Assembly (NCBI RefSeq): GCF_000315625.1 | Contig: NW_005434646.1 | Coordinates: forward strand, 270,171-334,170 | Reading direction: 5' to 3' | DNA: 64,000 nucleotides | Source: Guillardia theta CCMP2712 | Lineage: Eukaryota; Protista; Cryptophyta | Shown: piece by piece, positions 22,498 through 38,458 of the stretch | How positions within the stretch are numbered: the stretch's first letter is position 1 | How the letters are laid out: every line of letters begins with the position of its first letter | Notes under the pieces: generated by a model | The model's database searches: none | Seen by the model: only the letters and a program-made list of their open reading frames with translations | Told to the model about the DNA's origin: nothing | Position numbers and translations under genes: made by a program

Positions 22498-23390
22498 CTA
22501 GGCACTGGCCAGGCTGGGGTTGACAGCAATCTCAAGTTTCGGCCTGCGGTACCCGACAATCGAGAGCCAAATGGTCCAGGAGAAGAAGGCCATGTTGGCG
22601 AAGACAACTCGAGCATGCGGGGGAACCTGCACGCCGTGGAGCAAGTGAGCAAGCGCCAGGGGATCTCACCACGTAGAAGTTCACCAGAAGCTGGTGGACT
22701 GAATGACGAGAGGGAGAGGGAGAGGGTATCTTCTCCTTCCATTCCCGCAGCCACCTGCTGCTCCATCACACCCCAGCAGCTCCTGCTCCTGCTCCTTCAC
22801 CTTCCCCGTCCCTCCGCTGTCCCGAGGTCGTGATGCCTGGCCGTCGACACGCCGAAGAAGCCTCCGTTCAAGGTTGGAGCCAGACCGATCTGTTGGGGGA
22901 GGAGGAGCGGGTGAGGAGGGAGGGAGAGGGAGGGAGAGGAAGCAAACCTGGTTAATGAGCACCTTAGCTGCGATCTTGCCTGGAGTGATGTTCTCCGAAG
23001 GGATCAGCCGCTCAAGGAACTTGAACCAGTGGAACATCCCGAACCCCGATACTGCTGTTCCCCAGCCCAGCATGGTGAGGGTCCTCTTCGGGTCGATGTA
23101 GTGCGGGAACGGCCGGCACTCGTCGCCCTTGCTCACAGTCTGTGCGATGGTGTCTGAGGCAACTGTGATGCAGCCGCTCGTCACGATATTGGTAGTGAGG
23201 GGATGGGAGCGCAGAGCAGAGCTGTAGGCAGACCATGCAGACGAGAAGAGTCGTGGAGCTGAGCCCATGCTTGCAGTTGTGCACTGAAACCACAAGGCTG
23301 TAGCTAGTCAGGTAAACCTCTGGTGCTCATGTGGTGCGGCTTACCTGCTGTGACCAGGAAGGATCTTCGCATGTGCCTCACCTGCAGCAT
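22498..23390 (-). CDS. Mpv17/PMP22 family membrane protein
   Basis: YSSALRSHPLTTNIVTSG..SDTIAQ, DPKRT, HWFKFLERL, KVLINQ, and last exon VPPHARVVFANMAFFSWTIWLS. Start exon approximate. Confidence 0.85.
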
Positions 23391-23939
23391 CGAGTCAAAG
23401 CAGCTCTACTGACGGTAAGAACAGGCTGGCATGCTTGTTTCCACTTTGGGAGGGGAGGGGAGGGGAGGTGAGGAATGGAGGACGAGGAGCAGCGAACGAG
23501 GGGGGGTTGAGGAGGGATGTGGAGGAGAGAAGGGCAGGAAGTTCCATGTTGAGAAGGGTGGAAGGGGAGGGGAGGAGTTGGATGCGGAGGAGGCGGGGAG
23601 GGGAAGCCGGGCAGGGAGGGGAAGCCGGGCAGGGAGGGAAGGTGTGCATTCTTCTTATAAGTGGGGGACTCCGACATGCGGCAGTGCACATTGGTGGCGA
23701 CCCCGGCCCGGCCGGGCCGCCCGGCCGGGCGGCAATGCACTTTCAAGTTTTGTTCTGAAGTGACGTCAAAGTTCAGTCGATTGGCCGGGCCGCACGCAGC
23801 GGCAGTGCAGGGCCGCCTTGACTGGGATGGGGAGTAAACGACTGACACATATAACTCACGAGTCAGAGAGCCTGGTCAGCGGCGGTACCGTGGTGGACCA
23901 CTATCTATCAGTGAAGGTGACTGCCCGGGTAAGTACCCT

Positions 23940-26900
23940 TTACTTTGAAGAAAGTCGGCGTTTTAGAAGGTAGCAACCATGACGCTTGGAAAGGTACCAA
24001 ACCTTCACCGATCCATCTGTTGAACCTGAGGCAAGCTGCTCCCCATCCGGCCCCCAGCTCACGCTCTTCACGCCTCCATCTAGCCCTCTGAGTACCTGAC
24101 AGCACCTTCCAGTCTCAGTCTCCACCTCCCATACTCGCACTGTCTCGTCGTATGAACCTGTCGCTAGCAACTTCCCGTCCGGCCTCCAGCTCACGCTCTC
24201 TACCCAGCCTTCATGACCCCTGAGCACTTGACAGCAAGACCCAGTCGCTACCTCCCATACACGTGCTGTCCTATCCCATGCTCCGGTGGCTAGCATCTTC
24301 CCGTCAGGCCTCCAGCTCAAGGTCTCGACACAGCCCTCGTGCCCTACGAGCACCTGACAGCAAGACCCAGTCGCTACCTCCCAGATTCGCACTGTCTCGT
24401 CGTAGGACCCAGAGGCTAGCATGTTCCCGTCAGGCCCCCAGCTCACGCTCTCGACGCACTTCGAATGTCCAGCGAGCACCTGGCAGCAAGACCCAGTCGC
24501 TACCTCCCAGACCCGCACTGTCTCGTCGTGGGACCCAGAGGCCAGCATCGTCCCGTCAGGCCTCCAGCTCACTTCCTCGACCAAATCGTCATGTCCCATC
24601 AGCTCCACAAAGAGACTTTTAGTCCCCACATCTCTGAGCATGACTGATCCCTCCCCGTCCACACATGCCAGAGCCTTCTTGCCGTCAGGCCTCCAGGCCA
24701 AACTTCTGATCCATCCCTCCTCAGCCGTGAACGCAATGACCTGACGGCATTCTCCTGTCTCTACCTCCCACACCCGGACAGTGTTGTTCAGGGACAGGCA
24801 TGCGAGCATCTTTCCATCCTGCCTCCACCTCAACTCGGACACAGGGTCCTTGCGTCCTACCAATCTTTCGATTCGATCTCCAACATCGATTTCCATCTTA
24901 CAGCTCGCTTCGTCTTCGCCCAAAGACAAGTTCTCCATCTCTGCGATGAGCGAATCGATGGAGATAGCTTCCTCCTGACCAACCTCAAAACTCTCTCCAT
25001 TCTCACCCGAGCCGGAGGACAACAAGCTTCCGTTCTCCCCCACAAGGTTTTGTGCTCCTTCACCTGCTACTCCATCGAAACATGCCTCTTCAAAATACCC
25101 TGAAGTGAGGATCGCGCCCGAAAGATCCGCTCCCGCAAAGTTGGTCTTGTGAAAGATTCCGTCCCGCAGCACTGCTCCTGGTATCCGGACGCCATGAAGG
25201 TCGAGCCCAGAGAATGACACACCAGCTGCAACAAGGACGGAGGCTGCGTTCGCCGATGCTGCGACGACATCCGGCGCTATCTCTGGAGCTCTCGAAACGT
25301 GTATGAGGCTGAACAACCTGTCTTGGTAGTCGGGATTGCCCCTCACAAGCTCTGCCAGCTCCGCGATGATCTCCGGCTCCTCCCTCAGGTTGCGGAGGCT
25401 CAAACCTATCGGCACTGAGCCTTCGACCTTCAAGTTCGCAAGTATGGAGTCCACGAGAAAGAAAGTTCTGAATGTCTCGTCCACAAAGGTTATCTCCAAG
25501 GACTCCGACAGAGTTTCATTTGAAAGTTGCCGTTTCAGGCAGGTAAGACAACCTCTCAGCAGCCAGTAACCCAATTCGCCTTCCAGGCTCCCAGTTCTGT
25601 TGGTGGGAATGTGAAAGGGGGCCCCGGCAAAAAAATCATCGTTGGGTCTCAGGCAGAGTTTGTCTGAGTGAAGCTGATGCATTCTTATGCACAAAGCACG
25701 AGCGGCAGTACAGTACCATTCAATGCAGTTCTCATCATTGATGCCGACTCCGTTCCTTTTCATCTCTAGATTCGGCGTTCTGACAAGTTTGCGCCATTCC
25801 AGCTCAAAGCGTTCGTGGACGTATTCGTTGTAAATGTCATGCCGCGTTATCCGAAAGTCAGAATCGTCGGGTCTGTGCAGTCTCGGGAGCATTTCAAGGG
25901 TCACCTTGAGGCAAAATGGAGTCTTTACCATGCGATTGAGAACAGGAATAGTTTCCAGTGCTTCTTCGTATTGCTCTTTCGTCCATCCGCCTTCATCCTG
26001 AATTGTTGACAAGTGATAATCGACGTACCGGCTCACATGCTCCTTATCTGAAAGATCCAAGGGACACAGCCAAATGACTTGTAAGCTGTCTTTCGCAGTC
26101 TCTGGCAACCGAAAAAGCCTATGAGAGGTTCCGTCGCTCCTCAGGTAGTCACTGCGACAAGTGATCAAGGCTTTGAGACTCCTACACCCATGTAGTTCAC
26201 GGGAGATTTTTTCAACAACATTTTTCTTGATACCCATCTCATCATAGCCATCCAACACAACAAAGAAGGCCTTATTGTGAACGAATCTTTCCCTGTCCTC
26301 AACACTCAACTCTTGTCCTATAGCTTTCTGCAAATACATTTCGATGCTAACAAAAGTTGGAAGGTATATGAAGATGGGGTATAGCTTTCCGACCTCCCAG
26401 TTGTCTCCGATCTCGATCGCCCATTTTTTGCCAATGGTAGACTTTCCAGCACCAGCCTGGCCTTGCACCAGCAACACATGCTTGCGGCGATCCTCTAAGA
26501 ATCGCTGCACCACTGGGCTGCAGGGTACCTTTTCAATCGAGCCACTGACGTCGGGGTTCGTGTCAGAGCAATAGTTCTCCAGGTAGCTTTCCGAGGCATC
26601 TTGCTTGCTGTACTCCTGCGTCTCCTCCATGATGATTTTTCGCATCTTCCTCGGAAGCATGTTGCACAGGTACTCCACGTTCTTGTCCTTCGGTACCTCC
26701 CCGGTGGTCGGATCCATCTTTCCAACAAAGTCGTACGCATGGCTGTGACACCATGCATTGATGATCATGTTGGCCTTGGGGGGAGCAAAAGGTCTGGCCT
26801 GCGCAGTCACACAGTGGATGGACACTTGCGAGCTCTTCTCAAGCTTCTGTATCAGGCTGAAATCTTCCACGAAGAAGTCAATCGAATCAGCCACAGCGCT

Positions 26901-27266
26901 CTCTAGAGTCCCATCGAGTCGACCGTGCACTCCAGTGTTGATATGGATGGCTTGCTCGCGTTTGAGCATCTCCCCTATCACCAGCTCTACATCCTCTGCC
27001 GCCACCTCCAGGTCCGTTTCCCACAGTATCTGATCGCCTCGTTCAGGCCCATGAACGGAAGGGAGCGTTCGAGCAAAGAAGCGACAACTGGGATGATCCT
27101 TGAGGATGAAGAACCCACTGGAACCTCGGGGAGAAGGTTCAAGGCCCAGTGCAACAACGTCTCCTCTCGAGTTCAAGTTGAACCAGCGGCCTGGCTTCAA
27201 CGAATCACTACCGACGACTCGACTAGGAGATAAGGGCTGTCGAGCCGGGTCGTTTAGTTGGGACAT
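23940..27266 (-). CDS. Intronless NLR-like STAND protein: putative caspase-like N-terminal domain + NACHT + pentapeptide + WD40 repeats
   Basis: 1108-aa single ORF. Walker A GQAGAGKST, Walker B FFVVLDGYDE, LITCRSDYL, pentapeptide FSGLDLHGVRIPGAVLRDG..FAGADLSGAIL, ~7 WD40 repeats (GH..VxSVSWRPDG.LASGS.D.TVRVWEV). Confidence 0.9.
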   Translation of the reverse strand: MSQLNDPARQPLSPSRVVGSDSLKPGRWFNLNSRGDVVALGLEPSPRGSSGFFILKDHPSCRFFARTLPSVHGPERGDQILWETDLEVAAEDVELVIGEMLKREQAIHINTGVHGRLDGTLESAVADSIDFFVEDFSLIQKLEKSSQVSIHCVTAQARPFAPPKANMIINAWCHSHAYDFVGKMDPTTGEVPKDKNVEYLCNMLPRKMRKIIMEETQEYSKQDASESYLENYCSDTNPDVSGSIEKVPCSPVVQRFLEDRRKHVLLVQGQAGAGKSTIGKKWAIEIGDNWEVGKLYPIFIYLPTFVSIEMYLQKAIGQELSVEDRERFVHNKAFFVVLDGYDEMGIKKNVVEKISRELHGCRSLKALITCRSDYLRSDGTSHRLFRLPETAKDSLQVIWLCPLDLSDKEHVSRYVDYHLSTIQDEGGWTKEQYEEALETIPVLNRMVKTPFCLKVTLEMLPRLHRPDDSDFRITRHDIYNEYVHERFELEWRKLVRTPNLEMKRNGVGINDENCIEWYCTAARALCIRMHQLHSDKLCLRPNDDFFAGAPFHIPTNRTGSLEGELGYWLLRGCLTCLKRQLSNETLSESLEITFVDETFRTFFLVDSILANLKVEGSVPIGLSLRNLREEPEIIAELAELVRGNPDYQDRLFSLIHVSRAPEIAPDVVAASANAASVLVAAGVSFSGLDLHGVRIPGAVLRDGIFHKTNFAGADLSGAILTSGYFEEACFDGVAGEGAQNLVGENGSLLSSGSGENGESFEVGQEEAISIDSLIAEMENLSLGEDEASCKMEIDVGDRIERLVGRKDPVSELRWRQDGKMLACLSLNNTVRVWEVETGECRQVIAFTAEEGWIRSLAWRPDGKKALACVDGEGSVMLRDVGTKSLFVELMGHDDLVEEVSWRPDGTMLASGSHDETVRVWEVATGSCCQVLAGHSKCVESVSWGPDGNMLASGSYDETVRIWEVATGSCCQVLVGHEGCVETLSWRPDGKMLATGAWDRTARVWEVATGSCCQVLRGHEGWVESVSWRPDGKLLATGSYDETVRVWEVETETGRCCQVLRGLDGGVKSVSWGPDGEQLASGSTDGSVKVWYLSKRHGCYLLKRRLSSK

Positions 27267-27443
27267 CTGTGATCAAATGGGATGCAGGATCAGCAAAAAT
27301 GTGAAGACTGCAACAAGGAGGAAGCAAGAGGCTGAGCATGAGCGACAGGGATGGGAGTGGGAGGCAGCTGCTGGAGCGACATGGACGGTTCCTAGCTCGT
27401 CCCAACCTTACGTCAGCAACAAAAAGGATGGGGTCGCTTCTCA

Positions 27444-27515
27444 GGGGGATTCCGGGGATCGAACCCGGGACCTCTCGCACCCAAAGCGAGAATCATACCG
27501 CTAGACCAAATCCCC
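27444..27515 (-). tRNA. tRNA-Pro (anticodon TGG)
   Basis: Reverse complement GGGGATTTGGTCTAGCGGTATGATTCTCGCTTTGGGTGCGAGAGGTCCCGGGTTCGATCCCCGGAATCCCCC folds as a cloverleaf with GTTCGA T-loop and CTCGC/GCGAG anticodon stem; a T-run terminator follows ~20 nt downstream. Confidence 0.97.
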
Positions 27516-27907
27516 AATAATACCTTATTTGTGGCTCCAGAGCGATTATATAGTATAGTTATACCCTACCCACTCCTGGACTGCCCTGATACTTTTACCG
27601 GATCTTTTAGCTACCATTTGCAGGAAAACGGTGGGTGAGCTGATGACCCCCACCCCCTCCAATGATTTTTCAGGGGCCGTTTCATTGTGGTTACATGAAG
27701 TCCCGTGCCTGCTCTCGCCGCTACTGTTGACATCTTGCTGGTTTGTGACAGCTACCTCTCCTTCTCCTCTCCTCCACACTCATCCTCCCTCCTCTTCCCC
27801 CTTTCCTCCTTCTCCAGTGTTGGGTCACGATTTCACTTCGCCCTGGTCCGTACCGGACACTTGTTACTGCTTCGTGACACCCTGCGTTAAGTACGCTTCT
27901 TCTGAAA

Positions 27908-28970
27908 ATGCTTGGCCGTCAAATGAATGGCTACAGAACTCTCGGATTTGTGCATCAGCTCACAACAGTCTACTTTCTGAATAGAGATTACGGCATGGTC
28001 CAGTCATGCGTGAAACCGAACAGACACTTCACTTTGGATGCAGCGCCTAAATGGAGAAGGCAGAAACATGGCAGAGTCGAGCCAGACGCTGGTAAACATG
28101 GACCCGACGGTCAAATGACGTCTTTGCAACAAGCTCTTGGTGTCAAATTCAAGGACATTACCATTCTTAGGCAAGCACTGCTGCATCCCTCAATCACAGC
28201 GAGCCGTTTGGAGAGCAACCAGCGTCTGGAATTTTTGGGCGACGCAGTGTTAGGATGTGTAGTGGCAGAGAAGCTTTACGAGGAACGCAAGGGTTTGAAC
28301 GAAGGAGAACTAACATTAGCGCGTCAAAACTTAGTTTCAACTGCTGCACTTGCGGAGATAGCACTGGAGCAGGGTTATGATAAGCTCCTTTTCATGAGTT
28401 TCCAGGAAGAAGGTTACGGGGGAAGGGGCAATGTCAAGATTCTTGCAGATACGGTCGAGGCAGTCATCGGAGCAGTTTTTGTAGACCAGGGTTATCAATG
28501 CGCACAAATGGTCATCGAGAGGCTATATAAAACCAAATTTGCAAAGATGGAAACGTCTACAATTCTTACCATGGATCCGATATCTTCCGTCATGAACTTC
28601 TCGAAGCAGCTAGGACTTGAACCATGTTACAAAGTCGTCAAAGAAGGCAATCTTATTCGAATTTTGTGCGAAGTCTTGAGGTACTCATTCCCTTGGCAGG
28701 CGTCGAACATGCACCAAAGTTCACGGTTCATCTGTCCTTAAATGGCCACCCTCTTGGCTGGGGGACTGGCCGGAGCTCCAAGGATGCAAAATATGTAACG
28801 AATTTCTAGAGCCAAGTGAACTTGCTCATGATGTACAGGCGGCGTCACAGTATGCTCTTAAGCTGCTGGAGTCGAAGACAAAGCAGGAAATCGAAGCCAT
28901 CAAGGTTCTTGGATTTGACGTTCTGACCAACACAGAACCTGACATTCTAGTAGAAGCCGAGAAACTGACC
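27908..28970 (+). CDS. rnc: Bacterial-type ribonuclease III (RNase III domain + dsRBD), possibly organelle-targeted
   Basis: QALLHPS, SNQRLEFLGDAVLG signature, ILADTVEAVIGAVFVDQG; dsRBD exons (HAPKFTVHL..GTGRSSKDA..AASQYAL); ~70-aa basic N-terminal extension. 3' end approximate. Confidence 0.9.
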
Positions 28971-29045
28971 TTCTCTCCCGTCCCGACCAACGTATATTCT
29001 TTCAATTTTTCTTTCATCTTTATAAATCTTTTGTCTCTCCATTCT

Positions 29046-29531
29046 CTACACGAAGCCTTGCTTGACAACAAATGTACTGTTCTCACTATGTAGCACCTCC
29101 TGAGCATTCATAAGCACATGAGACTCAAGACCCACTGTTTCGATGTCAGAGTGAAGCCCCATTGCACATATTCCATCGATTTCCCTCATTTTCGCAAGAA
29201 ATATGTCCCTGCAAAGTGCCGAATTAGATTTCAAAGTCACGATCATGCGAACCATGAAGTCAAAGCATGATCTTCCGCACCTTTCAAGCTGCAGTCCCTG
29301 GTTTGTCATCTCAAGAATTCTCTCATGGTCGATACTACGTTCATGCAGCTTGATTAGTCGTCGGAAGTTTGACACGGTCTCGTATGGTAGCTTCAGGTCC
29401 CCGTTGTCTACCATCTCCAGTAGTTCCTGCGCTGTAGACCACGGGTTTCGCCTCTCAACGTCTTCAAGCATGTCCATTGCGTGTTCAGTTGAAGCTTCTC
29501 TCCCTACCTCCTCCACCTCCTCACGCAACAT
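29046..29531 (-). CDS. Hypothetical protein
   Basis: 161-aa ORF with a Kozak-like GCCGCCATG start and globular composition; no recognised motif. Confidence 0.45.
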   Translation of the reverse strand: MLREEVEEVGREASTEHAMDMLEDVERRNPWSTAQELLEMVDNGDLKLPYETVSNFRRLIKLHERSIDHERILEMTNQGLQLERCGRSCFDFMVRMIVTLKSNSALCRDIFLAKMREIDGICAMGLHSDIETVGLESHVLMNAQEVLHSENSTFVVKQGFV

Positions 29532-29730
29532 GGCGGCAGGAGGTGGAAGGGCTCGACGGGGTTCGTTCTGGGATTGTTCCGAGTGCGCCTCAGGAGGATC
29601 GAAATGGCCAGGGTGCGGGTGGCGCTGCTGAGTGCCAATGGCTTCACGTCCTCCAGTTACTCTCCTCTAGCAGCCAAGCTGAATCAGGTTTGAAGCATGA
29701 AACCTTGAAGATGTGCCTTGTGCCTTGTTC

Positions 29731-29825
29731 GATCTGATCTGATCTGATCTGATCTGATCTGATCTAATCTAATCTGATCTGATCTGATCTGATCTGATCT
29801 GATCTGATCTGATCTGATCTGATCT
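29731..29825. repeat. (GATCT)n microsatellite
   Basis: About 19 pentamer copies read directly. Confidence 0.95.
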
Positions 29826-30043
29826 TTATCTCAATTGATCTCATCTCTTGTCTGATCTTCTCATCATCTTCTTATTCCTCGTGTCGGGTTGTCGCCCGAT
29901 CCTATTCAACTTCCTCCATATCATCCTTGTTTTCTTGGCCCCAATACACCTGCTCACTGCGCAGTTCGAGTTTCTACCCTTCCATTTCTCACTCGCACAT
30001 TCCACGATTCGGCCTTATCTGGTGCTGAAGCTGTAAGGAGCAG

Positions 30044-31156
30044 ATGGGCTGTGAGGTCCGAGGTATCGACGTGCATCACAAGATGAGAGGACAGAAAGAT
30101 TGGCGCAGCATGACAGACCACCTGGTCGAGAGCGTGCAAGAATGGAACAAGATCAGCTCAACGCCGCTGATAGGGTTTGGTCACTCCTTCGGAGGAGCCA
30201 TCTTGTGTTGTGCGGCAGGCCGTCGGCCGGACCTCTTCCAAAAGCTCGTCATAGTCGACCCTCCCATGTTCCACCCCCTTGTTCGAATCACGTGGAGGAC
30301 AGTGCAAAGTCTCCTGGGGCAACGCGCTAGTCAGATCCACCCATTGGTACTGCCATCCCCTCACTCGCTGCCTTGTGTTGTCGTATCCCAACGCAGGCGA
30401 ACGCTCAGTTGTGACCACTGCACTCCAGTTGAGAAGGACCGTCAAGAGGAGGAACGGGTGGGCAAGTGAAGAAGAAGCCTCCAAGTGATAGCTTCTCCAT
30501 ACTGCATACTTCTCCTGATGGATTCCGTTTCGGTCTTCAAGGTATCTGCGGGCAAGGAAGCCATACAGCACGTGACTGAACTGCCATGTTGTAACCTGTT
30601 ATGATGAATTCCATTGCAGGATGAATGCCGAGAGCTTTCGAAAGTATTGTGAAGGGTTCAGAAGGGTGGACAACGTTGTTCTTCTACCAATAGATCCAGA
30701 GATCGAAGCTTCGATCTACGGTGAGACAAGCCATGTTTTTTTCACGAAATCGATCTGAGATCTCAACTGCAACAGCATACTTTCCTATCGATATCTTCCC
30801 ATTTAACGAGCCTCACGTCGGACAGTATGACCTAGCTAAAGTATCGAAGGATGTTTCATGTACTCGCAATTTTAGAACAGTACATCACTGCTGACAACAA
30901 CGGGTGACCAGCAGGATGGATGCTGTACTCGACAAGACATGAGTTGCTATCAAGGTCAGATGTGGCTTGGCTCCGTCGAAACCTCGGTTGTTTGAAGTTC
31001 GTCCCCTTCGAACAGGTAAACCTGACTCGCCAAAATCTGAACTCTCACTGTTCATTCTACCAGGGACACTTCTGGCCCTTAGAAGACGTTGATTCCTTCG
31101 CCAAGATGCTTGCGTCTCTTCTGGATGAAGGCGGATTGCCAGTAGCAGTACAATAA
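30044..31156 (+). CDS. Alpha/beta-hydrolase fold protein
   Basis: Nucleophile elbow IGFGHSFGG, FQKLVIVDPP, C-terminal GHFWPLED (catalytic His). Multi-exon; 5' end uncertain. Confidence 0.8.
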
Positions 31157-31346
31157 ACTTCCAAGTTAGTTCCCCAGTGACGTCGGTCACCGTGAGTCCT
31201 CCGACTCCGAAGGCGCTGAAGCCGCTCGGAAGTGCAGTGCCACGGTGCGGCACTGTTTCAACTTCCCAGTGTCCGGGGCGGGCCCGGGTCGGCGTCTGGG
31301 CTGTAACGCTTTCGCAACGGTGTGCTATTCCAGTTGCTGGTCCGCA

Positions 31347-32050
31347 ATGATGTTCCAAGACCTGAAGCGGCTGGAAGATGGCAGGAGGACAGAGGTGAGG
31401 GATCATGCGCATGAGCTATCGCCCCCGCACCGACGATCCATGCTGTCAAGATGATTCATTCAGAATGCATGCCGTGCGTTAGATTCTGATCGTGTGCTGT
31501 AAGAGTGGGGAGAAACTTTGTTGAACGACGCAGCGTAGTATCTAGGTTGTTGCAGCAGAGGGAGCACATGCCAATTTTCCATTTCCCAGTGATCACATGA
31601 TATCATATGCCTCCGGTCCATCAATCATGACAAGACTTGACAGATCCTGTTCTTGTTGAGAGGAGAAGCTGAGGGGTTCGACCCGTCTCTTGGCATCTAC
31701 TCGAGCTGTGATGATTCCCTGGATTGCTTCCTCTACGACGAGCATGGGACCATCACAGACAGGTGACTGCCATCTTCTTTGGACTCCTTCCCTATGAGAT
31801 CTTGTTTCCTCTTCCTTACGATGAGCCATGCACAGGGTTTGCCCTGCCGAGTCAGCGGCGGTGATGTCAGGATGAGGGTGTACTTTAGTGTTGTGTGAAG
31901 GAGCACTTGTTTTTCTAATAGTTTTCTTTCTTGAATGCGAGCAAGATGTTCCACAATCGCATTCGCACTGTTCTCTCGTTATCCCATACCAATCACACTA
32001 GTCAAGGTCAACGAGTCCGACGTCGCTTCAGCACACTGTCGAGTCAGGCG
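31347..32050 (+). CDS. Possible small multi-exon hypothetical gene
   Basis: ATG exon MMFQDLKRLEDGRRTE followed by a GTGAGG donor; later exon-like segments (EGFDPSLGIYSSCDDSLDCFLYDEHG) bounded by AG/GT. Confidence 0.3.
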
Positions 32051-32070
32051 AGCAGCAAGGTGCTTGTTGC

Positions 32071-32795
32071 TCACAGGCAATCTTCGAAACCAAGACCCAA
32101 GGCCTGCACGTCAAGTGAGAAAAAAGATCCACACCTGCATGGTGAAAGAGCTTCATCATCAAATCTCATACCTGGGCAGAGAGCTTCTTTCTCAACAGCT
32201 CATCTTCAGCCTACGGGAATTTCAGAAAGGAGTCGCGGTATGCCGTGGTGAACCTTCTCATGTTTGAGAGCAGCCTTCTGTGCCATGATGGTTTGGAGGG
32301 GAACTTCCCTCAATTTGGGTTGGTTCTGCTCCTGTTGTTCGTGTATCATTCTCTCTAACAATCTCAGTGATTGAAGCACCTTATGCATGTCAAGTTCTGC
32401 TAACAGAACAAGATTTTCTCCACGAATGACGTACAATCCCATCTGCTCGCCAAGAATGAACAATTTGGAACTTCAAAAGGCAATGAATACCCTTTCATCT
32501 GCAAAAGAATTCCCCACGACGTGGCGTTCAAACTGTGCAGGACGGTTAGCATCGAAGTCCGGATGCCGCTGATATCATCTCACCGCATCCTCAAGCACGA
32601 CATTGCCGTACTGGTCGAACGATCTCATGAAGCCGACAAAATGGCGTCCATCACGAAGGGTGACTAGGACCTGTCGTACTGATATTCAGCGCCTCGCTTC
32701 CTTCCTCGTCCTCATACCCTCTTGTCGAGATCCTCGACGAGGCTTGCCACTCCAGGCAAGAAATCGAAGAGTCCTCCTCCCGACCCCCTGTCCAT
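32071..32795 (-). CDS. LSM1: U6 snRNA-associated Sm-like protein LSm1
   Basis: LPGVASLVEDLDKR..VLVTLRDGRHFVGFMRSFDQYGNVVLEDA..GLYVIRGENLVLLAELD, the LSm1 Sm1/Sm2 motifs. Confidence 0.9.
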
Positions 32796-32862
32796 CCCGT
32801 AGTCCCCTTGTGGGAAAAGATCATGGAGGGAAACAGAAGCGAGAAGCGAGAGGGAGATAGCA

Positions 32863-32935
32863 AGTGAGTGAGTGAGTGAGTGAGTGAGTGATAGAGTGAG
32901 TGAGTGAGTGTCTGAGTGCGTGAGTGAGTGAGTGA
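32863..32935. repeat. (GTGA)n microsatellite
   Basis: Direct reading. Confidence 0.9.
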
Positions 32936-33005
32936 AGTAGGAAGGGCGGGTGAGAGAGTAAGCAGGTGAGGGAGAGAATAGCACGTTCGGAAAGAGCTGC
33001 GGGGT

Positions 33006-38089
<5,084 letters not shown>

Positions 38090-38358
38090 GACGAAAGTCA
38101 GTCAAGGGAGGAGAAGAGAGAGAAGGGAGGGGGGGAAGGGAGTGTCATGGTAGAGTTGAGAGGAGAAGATCATGAGGGGAGATAATCTCTTTGTTTTCCT
38201 TCTTCCGTCTCCTCTCCATTTCTTCACCCTCTCTGGGCTGCTCCTTCTCCTGCACGCGCTCTGCTTCCGTCCGGCATTTCCTGCTCCAAGAACTCCTCCT
38301 CCTCCCTTCTTCATTCTTCTTCCAACACACCCTCCTCTTGCTTCTCCTCCTCCTCCTC

Positions 38359-38458
38359 NNNNNNNNNNNNNNNNNNNNNNNNNNNNNNNNNNNNNNNNNN
38401 NNNNNNNNNNNNNNNNNNNNNNNNNNNNNNNNNNNNNNNNNNNNNNNNNNNNNNNNNN
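38359..38458. other. Assembly gap (100 N)
   Basis: Run of n characters flanked by (CCT)n repeats. Confidence 1.
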
